DNA of 64,000 bases from Chiloscyllium plagiosum (lineage: Eukaryota). The stretch is from positions 75,256,722 to 75,320,721 of the forward strand of contig NC_057711.1 of assembly GCF_004010195.1 (NCBI RefSeq), written 5' to 3'. A program made the translations under genes and the position numbers. Below are positions 36,901-50,505 of the stretch, in pieces. Within the stretch, counting starts at the first letter, position 1, and each line of letters starts with the position of its first letter. The notes beneath the pieces were generated by a model. That model was not told where the DNA came from and made no database searches. It was given only the letters and a program-made list of their open reading frames with translations.

Positions 36901-39900
36901 TATTCACTGTTCAGTATTTGCACATTCAGTTTTAATTTTTCTGAAACATCTTTATGTGAAGATCAATAAACATATTTATATCATCTTTCAATTGTAACAC
37001 CGTATCATGACGGGCTCAAAGCATTGGTTTTGTTTCTCTCCATGGTTGTTGCCAGGCCTGGCAACGTTATTTTAGGGGTTGTTTTCAGATTTTCCCTACT
37101 CTAGAGAAGGCTGTGAAGTTTTTGTTTTATCAATTACTCATATGAAAATTCTGCTAATTTCTTTACAAATAAAAGCCATTGTATAAAAAATATATTGGAG
37201 AATCTATATTTTATTTGTGTAAATATTGTTCTCTCCTTGACAGCAAATATCCTTTAGCACGTCCCAACTAAAAGTACTTTTTGAGGTGTTGATATGTGGA
37301 AATGTTTCCATGTAAGACCTAACAATGTTCCACCTTATTTCTTAGTCCCTTGCTCTCTCCATAATTAAATGGCATCTGCACTTGTTAAATCCAGATTAAC
37401 CTAGGCTTGTTTTTTCTATATCTTAATGACCTGGGGATTCATGAAGTTCCAGTATAAATTTTTTTGAATGCAACTTGGCTATAATTTTCTTTAATTTCAA
37501 GATTATCAAGTTTTTCTTTATTCTAGCTAATTTTATCTTTCAATAAATTATTGCATGATTATAATCAGGTATGATTATGGCTGCATTGTTAATAGATTCT
37601 ATTACTATGTTCTCAGTTATTCATTTGGAAGATATTTGAAGGAAGACGTGGTTTTAAAACTGAACTAAAGATCTATCGGGAATATATAATTTTGTACTTA
37701 AAAGTAAATGTAGCCCAATAGGTAAACAGAATGTGTAAGTTGATATTTAATTATAGCAACAAATACATAACTTGTCTCCTTTAGTTAGTACTGGTGTAAC
37801 TGCATGTGTCAAATAATTCCTGCATGTATCAAAGATCTTGTAAATTAATGCTAATTTACCTGAAATATAACTTCCACTAAATGGTGTAGGCATAAATCAG
37901 TATGTGTCTAAGTAGAAGATGAACATCCGTTATATGTACAATTAATGTCGTGGTTTACCCTAAAGCATCAAAAAATTTACCTCCCAATGTATGTCACAAT
38001 GATCACTGTTGCACTACCTCTCCTTATCATGCAATGGGAGAACTTCCATCAACGTTTAAGGATTATTCTGAAATTGTGACCAAGACCCCTCATATGTTAG
38101 AAAACCATTATATAAAGATGATTAACATAGCTAAAATGATCTCTGAAATATTATCGACATGCAGTATGCAATGTAATCAAACCAGGAAAGAATAACTAAT
38201 CATAGAATTTTACTTACCCAGGAATTGTGCTTTATACTTAATTGTTTTGTTCAGAAACAATTTGGAAGTTGAAAATTTGTCTTAGATTTAAAAAGTATTT
38301 AATCTATATGCTACATGAAAAGTGTCCAGCATTGCAACAGAAGGTATTTAAATGATCAGATAAGCAGCAAATGTGAAATACTTCTCAATTGTGTTGTGAG
38401 CTTCTACCATTCTTCAGTCTAATTGTCTTGTAGGTAAAATCTATCCATAGCGTACTTTTTTCATTTTTAGCATTCTCTCAGAATATTCTATGTATGAAAT
38501 CAGAATAATTTGTATTAGGGAATGTTTACTCCTGGAGACAGATCATGTTAACTATCTGTATGTGTTTATCAAACAACTTGGAAAGTGAAAGTAAACACCT
38601 TTATTAGACTGCAAAATCTTCCCTCTTCCCATTTTTCAATGATTTTTAACCACTTTCCTGTAGGAACCTAGTACACAGTTTGCAGTATAACATTGCAGAT
38701 GACTAAATACCAAGCAAATGAATCATTTCTTGAACACAATCTGGATAGTTACAACTGAAAATTATAAAGTTGTGGTGCAACAACTGTGCAACTAATGCGT
38801 AGCGCCACTGAGTGGAGTAATGTGAATTTGCACTGGTGATCAACCGAACCTTTGAGTTCTGTCTCGGGTGGGTTGCTGTTGGAGATAGCACTAAGCAGGG
38901 CCAACATTTTACTCACAAGAAAAATACCACAATAAGGGTATTGCTCTGTTGTTTCATTGTATTTGTAGCTGCTTTGCTGTCTTTACAATAATATTCTTGA
39001 AAGATCAAGATAGAGGCCACCTGCCAGACATCTCATTTACAACATTGGTAGAGATTTTAAAGAAATACAACAATTTGAGAATAATTTATATCACCACTAT
39101 AAAGCAAATTCTTAATTTTTATACATCAATGTTTAGAGCGAATCATAAATTCCAAGTAATACTTAAAAATAAGGCACACATTTACACTCTCTCTCAATCT
39201 TTGCTTTTTGGGAAGGTTCAGCAACTGTGTTACAGCAAACTTTGTCAAGTAGCTAATATGCTACCTTTCCAGAATAATGAAAGCTATCAACATTTAGTAG
39301 TCTAAAATAAAAACTGCAAACTTGGTTTTAAAGCCATATTTCATAAAATATTTGTTCACTGGTCAGTCTGTTAGATAATCTTTTAACTCAGTTTGCTCAG
39401 CTCTGGGGATATTCCCCATTTATGTACAAAATGCTGATATCTATATGGCAGTGAGATTTAACATGACCACAGGCTATTCATTTAAGTATTGATTGTGTTG
39501 GAATGTAATTGTCTTTATAAATATTCATTATAGTCTCTGGAGCATATATTTATGATCCTTTGTTACTTTAGATAACAGAAATGGTAAAACATTTGCAATA
39601 GGACTTTTACTGTATTTGCTGTACAGTTAAAATGATGGATGACTATTGTTAATCATCACTTGTTAACAAGACATAATATTAAAAATGTTTTATCTTTGTG
39701 TAAACTAATACTACTAGATTCTCATACAGTTCCTGTATAATGTATTCTTTCCCTTCTGTTCAGCTATCTTTCTCTGCATGGCCTCTCTCTGGCAGTGGTG
39801 CCTGACTCAGATACAGTTGATAAACTGTTCTGAGAACCCATTCTCTTGAGTTGGCTGTTAGTGCTACACACAAGAGAACTGTAGCTTGTTCTTTTACCTT

Positions 39901-40374
39901 GTGAAAAACACCTTGCATCAGCTGTATCTGATAGCTGTGCAGTGAACAACTTGTCAAAAACTTGAGCCTTATTACTTGACTCCTTTTTGTCAGTGGTTTC
40001 TTTTTCTTCTTAAGTGAAAATTCAAAAGTTGTGAATTTTTTTAGAATGGGTCAATCCCAAATATCTTTGTTTTGTAATTTTTGGTAAATTTAACTAAACT
40101 ATGTAGTGACCATGTTTGTGGAATATAACTTTTTCAAATTTTCTCATTGAAACAAATCTGAATCTCTTCCCACTAATGTTACCCATGTGTTGAGACCTTT
40201 AATATTGGAAGATTATCAACATGATATTTCCATTTCACTGGTTTGAAATTCTCATTGAATCACAGACAATCTTGTTCTTCAGAATTAAAAGACTTTTTTT
40301 TGGTTTTTCTTTATTCTTCTCTAATTTAAAAACCAGAGTGCCTCCTCATGCTCACCTGACTTCTAATTCTCATT

Positions 40375-40622
40375 GGAAGGTTACTGAGATGAGGAGCAAT
40401 TTCTTCACCCAGAGAGCAATCAGCATGAATTCTCTGCTACAAAAAGCAGTTGAGGTCAAAACATCAAATGTTTTCAAGTGTTCTATATAGATCTTTAGGG
40501 GTCAAGGAATCAAAGGATACGTGGAGAAAGTAGGAAGTGCTGAATTGAATGATCATCCAGAATGGTGGAGCAGGTGGAAAGAGCAGAATTACTTATTTTA
40601 GCTCCTATTTCCTATGTTTCTG
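40375..40622 (+). mobile_element. CR1 3' fragment
   Basis: TEMRSNFFTQRAI..NSL.QKAVE followed by 3' UTR ending gctcctatttcctatgtttc. Confidence 0.8.
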
Positions 40623-43459
40623 TGGAACTACAGTTAAGCTCCACAAGTGATTCTTTTAATCTGAGATCAGTTCCATTAATAGTTACTGTACATGTGGAAA
40701 GTATGCAAACATTAATTGATGTTGAAAGAAATAAAACACCATAAAGTAACTAACTGTAGGAATTCCAACTCTCCAATAATAACTTTGTCTCCAGCAATTA
40801 ACAATTGATCTTGTGAACTCTGAACGTTGTTTCCAGAGACTCAGGACAAAAACCATAAATCTATTCAAAGAATTGTGCATTTTTCTTTGCCCAATGAAAA
40901 GTTGTTTGTGTCATACCCAATATTTATATAATAACAAACAGTTAAGTTACTTGGTGATGTCAGAGTTCATGTGATGAGACTTCCAGTAACAAATCTGATC
41001 AGAGTAGATGACTGTAAGCAATGCCTAATTTATTGAAGTTGAAGACTACAGTGTATTTTCGAAACACTGGTGTCAGTGTTCCAAAACTGGTAAGCAGATT
41101 AAAATTATTCTGTTGTAAATGACCATAATTGAATGTTTCCAGTGTGAATATTTTATTTTGATAAGTATTCCTGGGCATAGAATTCTGCCTACAGAACCAA
41201 GTTCATTGGTTTTGCTGATAAACAAATACATATCCAAGTGAAAAATAACTTGCCTGTTTTGTAAAGTTCATTATTGTTATACAGCTATGTCACTAATGGA
41301 ATTATTGTCAATCAATGTATAATCTGCCCTACTCTAACAAATGGTGTCAGCTGATTTTTTTTTTGAAAGTCAATCTTTTTTTTAATAAGAGCAACTTCAA
41401 CATGTGCAATCTCCCATGTCACCATTTCAAATTAATTTTACTCTGTTACAACAAAGTGAAGGAAGTCTGAGCTGTAATTGTTTAGGTAGGCCTAAGAAGG
41501 AACCCTTGTTTTCTTAGAATACAGTATCCTAATATGGTCTTTCCGCATGTAGATCTGCAGAAAATTAGGGAGATGCATTCTGATCAAGAGGGAAAACAAG
41601 GTTCTATTACAAATGTGCTTCCTAAGAAGACAATATTAAAACAGGCTTGCTCCCTTTACAATTAGAAAATAAATAGCTCCATGTTCCATAGATTCCTGAA
41701 AGTAAAAAATGTTACAATATCTAATTTCTCCTGTAAGTTTGCATTACACTGGGGAATTTATTTGCCTGGCTAGCTCCTGGCTTGTTTCGGATGAGAAGTG
41801 TCTTAATTCTGAGAGGCTGCATGTTTTGACAGTGAACCAAGTACTTGCTGTTACAAATGCATTGCTCATCACCACATTAGATATAAATAAACCTAGGGAT
41901 CCAGTAAAATAAAAATGCATTACATCAACTGTATAATCCAGTAATTATGTCAAAAGTCCACTTGCTTATGGCATTTTAGTTTCAGTGTGAGTTTTAAATA
42001 TTGAAATAATGATTTAATTTACACTTGCTGTCTGAGGATAATTTTGACAGTAGACTCAGTTGACATGGAGCAGCATAGATTAGGAATTTGGACACATGCA
42101 GTTCTTTTTAGTCTGATGTATGGCATCTTCAAACTGCTATGAACCAAACCCAAACCAACACATAAACTTATGATTATAACATTAATAAACAGCATGTGCT
42201 GAAATTTTCCAACTCCAAATCATATGCAACAGCTTGGTTCATTTAGTACAACATTCCTTTAGGGCTCAAAGCTGATGGGTACAAATCTCAAACAGTAATA
42301 TAGCACACATCCCCAGTGTTGAATTGTCAGAGTTGCTAAGTTTGGAGAAAATGCTAAATTGTGCTTGGCATCCCTGGACCAATATCATCATGACCAAGCA
42401 CAATTGATTCCTCGTTTGTTGCTTTGTTTCTCCTGTAATAAAACTGTTTCTGCCCAAATATAAAATAGTGCACAATTTCAGACTACTTGCATGGTGATGT
42501 GTTGCATTTGTTTTGGAATATTAATTTTTACTGTTGTGAATAATTATTAGTTACAAAGGAGGTTCTTCAGTTAATTCAGAACAGAAATAATCATCATTTT
42601 ATTTGCAGAATATTGAAGTGCCATTTCCTTTGTGCTATTTTGATATAGAAATTGAAAAATAAAATTTTGGTGTTCCAGGAGTTTGATTTCTAATTTTGTG
42701 GATTTTTTGACATTTTAGAACCGTAAGTTTTTTCATTAAGTCAATGGTCACCACTCCAGCCATTCAGTCAGACAAATTGTTTTATGGGGATAAATGTTTT
42801 TAATTCAACAAAATTAAATTCTTGCATTCTTCAAGAGCTTCTGAATGGAAAAGAATATTCATAGACTTGTAAACTCAAAAGAAGCCCTTTGACCCATCAA
42901 ATCTGCCTGACAAAAACAACAACTCCACTCTAAATCTACACTCCTCCAGCATTTACCACAAAACCTTAAAGTATGGCATTTCAAGTGCCTATGTAACTAC
43001 TTTTATAATTTTTTTTCCCCTGATAAACTTCCTCATTCTTTGATGCACTGCCTGAGTGTCACTGAGGCAGGAAACCTTTAAGGTACTAACGATCTTCCAA
43101 TTTGTTTTTGGTTTAGATACTGCTTAAAGATATATTCTGGGTTGAAATATGTTCCATCATAATTTGGCAGTGAGTCTGTCACAATATTAGCAATTTTGAT
43201 TTCAAGAGTTTGAAGAGAAAGGATAGGATAGGTTTAAGCTTGCAAGACACACAACTAAATTTACTCTATTAATTTGATTTTTATTTTGTTTTTCTAACAC
43301 TCTTCCTCATAAACCGTCAAATTATAGCCTACAAATTCCTAGCACCACCCTTTTTCAGGGGCGATATGCCAGGAGTTCAGTACTGTTACCAAATGCACAA
43401 ACAATGTTTCCTGACCTAACAAAATTACTGGATGGTGAAAATAGACCATTAACTCACTC

Positions 43460-43586
43460 AGGCGAAAGTGAGGACTGAAGATGCTGGAGATCAGAGTAGA
43501 GAGTGTGGTGCTGGAAAAGCATAGCAGATCAGGCAGCATCTGAGCAGGAGAGTTGACATTTCAGGCAAAAGCCCTTCATCTGGACT
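43460..43586 (-). mobile_element. Short PLE pLTR with decayed hammerhead
   Basis: Same family as 6551-6680; flanked by aactcactc and aattcactc. Confidence 0.8.
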
Positions 43587-45401
43587 CACTAATTCACTCC
43601 GTCATATGGCTAATTAGTTATGGGGCCAACTCGTACATTTAAGGGGTACTCTTTCCTTATTGCCATAGGAGTACTGGTATGGGAAGAGACCTGACAGAAG
43701 AGCAGAAACTTTAATACTCTTAATTATGCATTTAGATACAACACAGTTTAGAAACAAACCTGAAAATACTCAGCAGGTAAGGCAGCATCTGTGGAGAGAA
43801 AAGTCAACATTTTGAGTTAATGATCCTCGTTCAAAACTTCTTTCCTTACATTTGATTAAGTGAAAGATTGGATCAGGGACAAACTTGAGGGAAGATCTCT
43901 GATCGGGTGGAGGGCCAGAACAATTCAAATGGTAAAACCATGATTATTTAATTTTTTTTTCAAGTTTACATTAAGACTTAGTACTTTGCAAATAATGAAG
44001 AAGCTTCAGTGTTGCATAATTAGGTACCACAAACAGCAAATGAAATGAGTAGATGGCTAACCTATTTTAGTGTTGTTGGCAGGATGACTGGTAGTCAGAA
44101 CACCACAAGAAATTAACTGCTGCCATTTGATCTTTCTTTTTGCTTTCATATGAACAGGTGGACATTTAACACTTTGTTAGAATAATAATACTTGTAGTAA
44201 TAAAGCAGTAGGCCCTCAGTACTGCATTGAATTGTTTACTGATGTTGCTCAACTACTTCTTCTAATGTGAAAGCAATTTATAGCAAACTGCAAGCAAGAA
44301 CCCTGTATAGTTGTTTCTCCAAATATGTCCTTAAAACATATGTGCGCACACTTTTATTTGCAGCCAGAAGTCAGTGGATTTACATGGGCAAAACAAAAAT
44401 CTAATTCCTCAAACTGTTTGTTAAATCTAATCTGGTCCTCTTTCACACACATGCATTTTATGCAAAAATCTTTAAGTTTTACTAAGTTAAACACCAGCAT
44501 CGCCAAATCATTAAATTGTACTGGTCTTCTAATGGTATATGTTGGCTGTTCATTTTAGTATCTGCTTGTTCCTGGGTTATTTTTCTGTCTTCTTTTGAAT
44601 ATCATTCCTCTGGTGCATTCTATTTCCATAATTACTTTGTTTTAGCTAATCCATTTTCTGTTGGAGAATGATGAACATCTGGGACTAATGGTCATTCTAT
44701 ACTCTGCAGATGCTTTGATCACATTTTTCCTGAGTAACTGTCCACAGTGAAGGAACAGCTTCTCCAGTTGGGTATATATGTCAATGATTGATTGACTATT
44801 TATCTAGTCATTCATGTTTACTGTGTATAATTTGAGGGGGTAACTACTCTGAAAACCTAAGTTGTCATGTGGGTTGACGCTTGTTGACAGCATTAAATGT
44901 TGGTAATTGGACTGGTCCTCAAATTCAACTCTAGCAATGATTTAGCAACCTTTTCAAAGCGAAGGTTGGCCTTCTATTATTTTATTTACTTCTGGGACAC
45001 TGGTGTCATTGGCTGGGCTAGCATTTATTGTCCATCCCTAGTTGCCTTTGAGAATGTGGGTGGTCAGCTGCCTTCTTGAACTTTAGTACATGCTCTGGTG
45101 AAAGACCCATAATGCTGTTAGGATGGTAATCCTAGGACTCTGACCCATTGGCACTGAAGGAAAGGTGATGTACTTCTAAATCAGGATTGTTTTTGACTTG
45201 GAAGGGCAGTTGCAGGTGGTGTTCATATGTATCTGCTGCTCTTGTCCTTCTAGATTGTGGTGGTTGTGTTTGGAAGGTGCTGTCTAAGGCTGTTTGAATT
45301 TCTGCAGTGCATCTTATGGATGGTACACTCTACTGCTACTGAGTATTGGTGGTGGAAAAGTGAATATGGTGTCAGTCAAGCAGGCTGCTTTGTTTTGGAT
45401 G

Positions 45402-45495
45402 GTTGAAACTTTATTGCTGGAACAGCACAGCAGGTCAGGCAGCATCCAGGGAACAGGAGATTCGACGTTTCGGGCACAGGCCCTTCTTCAGGAAT
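45402..45495 (-). mobile_element. Young short PLE pLTR with 13-bp flanking duplication
   Basis: tgttttggatggt occurs at 45391-45403 and 45498-45510. Confidence 0.85.
45460..45495 (-). ncRNA. Minimal type I hammerhead ribozyme, intact core
   Basis: Minus strand reads attc-CTGAAGA-A-GGGC-ctgt-GCCC-GAAAC-GTC-gaat. Confidence 0.8.
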
Positions 45496-45809
45496 GGTGT
45501 TTTGGATGGTGTCAAGCTTCTTGAATGTTTCATCTTATTTTGTCACTCCTGCTTGTTACTGCTTCTGGCCTCATAGTTTTTTCGCAATTGGAAGAGTAAT
45601 ATCAGTGTAATATGACATTAATCATCGCATTGGACTACGTTTCACACTTTCAGTGGATATATTTCTCCACTTCACGATTGCATTGCACAAATCTGCACTG
45701 AATTTGCTTGATTTCTTTATGATCACTTTGGTGACTTTTTTTCACTGCCACTTTAGGTTTACAGCCGTATGGCTTCAATGTTTGATCAACCCCTTGAATT
45801 ACTTTACAC

Positions 45810-46055
45810 AAATGAATGAATTGAATTGGTTGTCATGAGTACCGAGGCACAGTGAAAAGCTTTGTCTTGTGTGCAATACAGGCAGATCAGAGTTAAATAG
45901 CATAGAGAAGTAAATAATAGGTAAACAGCAGCAAAAACAAAATCACAGGTACAGGCAAATGCTCAGAGTTCGAGTCCGTTCAGTATTCTAAAAACAGTCA
46001 GGTAGAAACTGTTTCGAAACTGGCTGGTGTGTGTTCAGGCCTCTGTACCTTCTGT
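45810..46055 (-). mobile_element. LINE 3' end (Rex/Babar-like)
   Basis: ttgtcatgagtaccgaggcacagtgaaaag next to a (tgaa)n tail; similar to 1160-1328 reversed. Confidence 0.55.
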
Positions 46056-46296
46056 CATGTAGAGGTAGATGGTAGAGAATTTGTGACATTCAGGTAGTGC
46101 TGGTGCCTATCTACCATTTCCTATTTGCTGCTTCTCACCTCTCCTTCAGTGGCCATAATACTAACAGCCTCCAATCAATTGATCACATTTAACCTTGATG
46201 GTACCAATCTATTTTTGAGGTAGATTTGATTTGTCAGAATCATTGTCTGCTCTTTCATAGCCAGTTTTGTAGTCTAGTTTACACTTGCATGAAAGT

Positions 46297-46618
46297 GGGG
46301 TGGCATGGTGCTTCAGTGGTGAGAACTGCTGTCTCAGTGCTAGGGACCTGGGTTCAATTCCCACATTGGGTGACTGTGTAGAGTTTGCACATTCTCCCTG
46401 TGTCTGTGTGGGTTTCATCCGGGTGCTCAGGTTTCCTCCCATGATCTAAAGATGTGCAGTTTAGGTGAATTGGTCATGTTAAATTGTTCATAGTGTTCGG
46501 TGCATTAGTCAGGGGTAAAGATAAGGTCGGGGAATGGGTCTGGGTGGGTTACTGTTCGGAGAGTTAGTGTGGACTTGTTGGGCCGAAGGACCTGTTTCCA
46601 TACTGTAGGGAATCTAAT
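46297..46618 (+). mobile_element. HE1-type tRNA-derived SINE, full length
   Basis: A box-like ggtgcttcagtgg, B box ggttcaattcc, core and tail present. Confidence 0.92.
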
Positions 46619-47599
46619 ACTTAAATTCATTCAATTTCTTGCAGTTACAACATCGTTTCCTCAAAATAAACACTTCATTTTCTTTTTGTGATGCCTTCCA
46701 CTCTATTTACATTGTGCCCCTGTCCTTGATCAGCCCACTGCAACATTTGCAACTCCATTCCAAACATTCCTTTTCTCTTCTTTCTTCAATGTGTTCTCAT
46801 TCAGCCTGGAATGAGTCAGCATAATGAAAAGCCTCTCCATTCTACCATTAGTACACTCTAGCTGATAACCCCCAATCTGTTGCACTTGTCAAGTTTCTCA
46901 AATACAATTCTCTTCGCTGAGTAGACATTCTCTTGCAGCAAGATTTCTTATGCCTAAGATAATTCTGTCTCTTAGATCAACTTTGAGTTGTCCAAATTCT
47001 CATGATTCCACTCGATGTATCGTTGCCATCATAAACAGTCAAGTATCCCTCTCAGCTCTGAACATAATTTATTTGTAAGCATTAATAGTGTTCAAAGTGT
47101 CTTATTTACTCAGTCGTTCTGTTCAGTACAGTAGCTATTTCATAATTTTGCCGGTGAGTGGGGGGAAAACATATCCAATTGTCTCATCACTTTTCTCTTC
47201 CACAGCAGTGGAAGAATGTAACCATTTTGAAACTGTCAGCACTTCAAGATTGCAGATTGTTTTTTTTCTGCTTTTGTTTTGTTACAGTAATTGGCTCTCC
47301 TAAAGCTCAAAATCCATAATTTTAATGTGCACTTCTCATGCCATGTTTCATGCCATGTATTTAATGGCTACTTGTTAAAGTGAAACTCTCTAACAGAAAA
47401 ATTAGAGATCCAGTGACTATGGCAAGCTAGCCAGTACACTACATACAATTGTTTGTCCAATTGACTTCAATCTACAACATTCTGACTTTTTTTTTGCACC
47501 ACTCTATAGAACTAGTATACAGTGCTGCAGTTGGTAAAAAACATTTTCATAAAAGCCATGCTGAAATGTCCAAAACATCAGATGGCAAATTTTGAAGTC

Positions 47600-48390
47600 T
47601 CTCATTTCACTGTATATTGACCTGCCAAGCACAACTACAAGTTAATGTCAGCAAAAATGAGTCTGAAGAAGCTCTCACAGCACCTCTTTGCTTTGTTCCA
47701 AGCTATGACATCTCTTTCAGGAAGATTTGCATACTTTACTACATCCATGTAGCACAGCCAGAGGCTTTCAAAGTCAGCATAGCTTTCAATTTTCATGCAT
47801 CTGGCTTTTTCCAGACTGGCATAACTACATCAAGGAGTTTGCAGATGCATTATTCAGCAGGTCTGACAACATCTTCGCTTACACCATGGGCTAAGAGCAA
47901 AAAATGAGAATATGCAGTCTACAGAATTACCGGCTTATCAGAATCCTGAAGGTGCTTCCCTAGAGTAACCAGCTGCCCCCATATTGCCAGTTCCGTTTCG
48001 ATGCATGAGTGATGCTGTGTCTGTAATCTAAAAGACCACTTTCTAATTCAATATGGACATAACACACATTTCCTATTAGGAAATCATGCAAGGCTTTGCC
48101 TGCTTCCTCCAAAGCTCTTGCAAAGCCTACATGTTAAAGTTGTATGATCACCATTGTTTTACAATAAATTTGAGAAGAAGGATGTCAAGACTACTATTTG
48201 CTGCCTTTGATTGTGTCACCTCAATACTGCAATGGAACTCATATGGTAGGAATTCTTACCAAATAAGATTTGACCCTGGTGTGTGCTGCTTCAGGACATG
48301 AATCAGCCTTGCAGTACAAAACCACTTTTACACATGGCCAGATTTTGCTAAACCAATATTGGTCACATGCTGCTTCACCTCACATTGAAA
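47600..48390 (+). mobile_element. Harbinger (HARBI1-like) transposase fossil
   Basis: AQPEAFKVSIAFNFHASGFFQ (compare AL.FY.SGSFQ), HNYIKEFADALFSR, later ALQY and ILVTCC..H, in the expected order; multiple frameshifts. Confidence 0.7.
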
Positions 48391-49719
48391 GGAGTCTGGG
48401 TTGCAATTGAGTGGCTAAGTCTACAGCAAAGTTAAACATGCCTTTCTCTCCCCCCCCCCCCCCCCCAACCCACCAGTTTTTATAATCTTATTTATAAACC
48501 AAGAATTCTACTTCCTATTTAAAATGCTCATAATACACATTTCTTCAGGGTATCAATTATTCCAAAGAGATCCCTTAAAGATTTATACATGTCATTGCAA
48601 GGGACAGATTTACTCCAAGCTCTGATTTCCCACCAGATGATGAATAAAGTGTGCATGCAAGAGTACATAACAATGGATCTCTGCCACATATGTGTTACTA
48701 AGAAGATGTCTACCTACAAGTTCAGGTGAAGCACTCTTCAAGATTTGTCGAACTTCACCACAGAGTTCAATGTCTCCTTTTTAAACCCAATTATAATACT
48801 TCTGCCTTTCTCCAAGCTAGCACATGAAAAATTTCCATTTTAAGCCTATTTGTTGCCAACTAACGCAACTGGATGAAGATCAATGCAGGATTCAGCAGGG
48901 CCAACATGGTGCTTGCTTTTCCCATTGCACTGAAACAGCAGCATCAGAGAGAACGTTTTTTCAGAGTATTCTAAAATACAGTCATTGACATCCCTGTAGC
49001 ACCTAGGCAGCAGGTTTCTGATTATTTGTCTGGTATCACTATTTCTTTTCAGTTGGTCTATTTCCTCAAACTCCCTAACTATATTGTCCAAAGTCATCAT
49101 AGCTGCACGCTGACTTATAAACAATTAAGGTCTAAATTTATATTAGAATAGTAAGTGTCTCTGATTTTGCCAAAACGGCATGCAAGCTCCAATTCTGGAA
49201 GTCCTGTGTCTGAACCTGGTATCCGTCATTCATGCCAGGAGAATGGGTTATTGTATGCCCATCCATGGATCATTGAAACCAGTGTATACTGAAATACAGC
49301 TGCCTTCAAACAGATGAAATCTTCATTAGGAGCATGCTGAATGCATGAAACATGGGATTTTGACCTGCTTTGCGTTAAAGGTCTAAGGCAATTTTGAGGT
49401 AGAGTTCCCTTTTTTTGATAGGTTCAAAGGCACCTTTGAGAGAGGTAAGGAGTCCTTCAGGATTGAGGGCAAACACGAACGTGTATAAAAATCAATCGAT
49501 GCTGTGGAATTTTTTAGCTTTTCAGACATTTAAACCTTCTGCATGAAGTTTTTTAAATTCTGCTGTTTATAAAATAAAATAATTACCAATATGCCAACAC
49601 CTTGCAAGTAATGTCTAGGGGCTAGTAATCCAAAGAACCAGGCTGATCTTATGAAAACATAGCTGGTGGGGAAAGTTAAGTTCAAGTAACAAACTATAAA
49701 GCCTGCCAATAATGATAAC

Positions 49720-49892
49720 TAAAGAACTGGGGATGCTGTAAACTGAAAAACCGAAATTGCTGCAAAAGCTCAGCAGGTTTGGCAGCATCTGTGGCATTCT
49801 GAGGAAGGGTCACTGGACCCAAAAAGTTAACTCTGATTTTGCTCCAGAAATGCTGCCAGACCTGAGCTTTTCCAGCAATTTCTGTTTTTGAT
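49720..49892. mobile_element. Short PLE-derived inverted element
   Basis: Inverted arms around ctgaggaagggtcactggacccaaaaag, a decayed hammerhead. Confidence 0.8.
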
Positions 49893-50384
49893 TCCATCAA
49901 TGATGCCAGAGTTCTCAGCAATTGGCTGGATCTCTAATGTCCTATCTGCCATCTTTATTTGTTCTGGAGTACATGTGACTCTCTAAAACATACATACAAT
50001 GTGGTTGACTGTTAACTGTCCAGTGAAATAACTTAGCGAGCTACTTAGTGATTTTAAAACTCTGACTGACCTAAGCCTGTGAGTTCTCTTGATTGTGTAT
50101 TACTGCTGCGTGGTTGATTCCATACAAAGGCATTATCATGTGGGGGCCTGTCCGTTCAGTTTGATTGACAGCTTCAAGTGGTTGAGTCGTTGTGGGGCTA
50201 TCAATGCAAGTGTGTTTTCATTAAAGAATGAAGTACTTGAATGAAATGTTTTGATTTTGAGTGCTTTAAAGAGTTGAAAGGATTTAATTGTATTGAAAGT
50301 GTTTTCTGAATTAGTTTTTTTTACTTTCAAAATAAAATCTGCAGTAAAAACTTATAATAAAACCAATAGTTCTAAATTTAATTA

Positions 50385-50505
50385 AAACCAAATGTACTGC
50401 AGATGCTAGAATCTGAAATAAGATCAGAAAGTACTGGAGAAACTTGAGTCTGGCAGCATCTGAAAGGTGGAGAAATGTCTCGTTTAACTCTGCTTCTCTC
50501 TCCAC
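50385..50505. mobile_element. Old PLE pLTR remnant
   Basis: tactgcagatgctagaatctgaaataa...gtctggcagcatctg. Confidence 0.6.

Larger units (their letters stand above)
44985..45530 (-). mobile_element. Old CR1/L2-group LINE 3' end
   Basis: gctagcatttattgtccatccctagttgcc is the reverse of the family 3' tail. Confidence 0.7.

Noticed and set aside
39764..39849. Candidate exon 2 giving MRAIFLCMASLWQ...
   Set aside because: In-frame stop with no good donor. The region looks more like an enhancer (TGACTCA, CAGCTG).
47100..47210. Strong donor CCG|GTGAGT and nearby acceptor ttttctcttccacag
   Set aside because: All upstream acceptors tried give stops in the exon-1 frame, so no coherent exon results.
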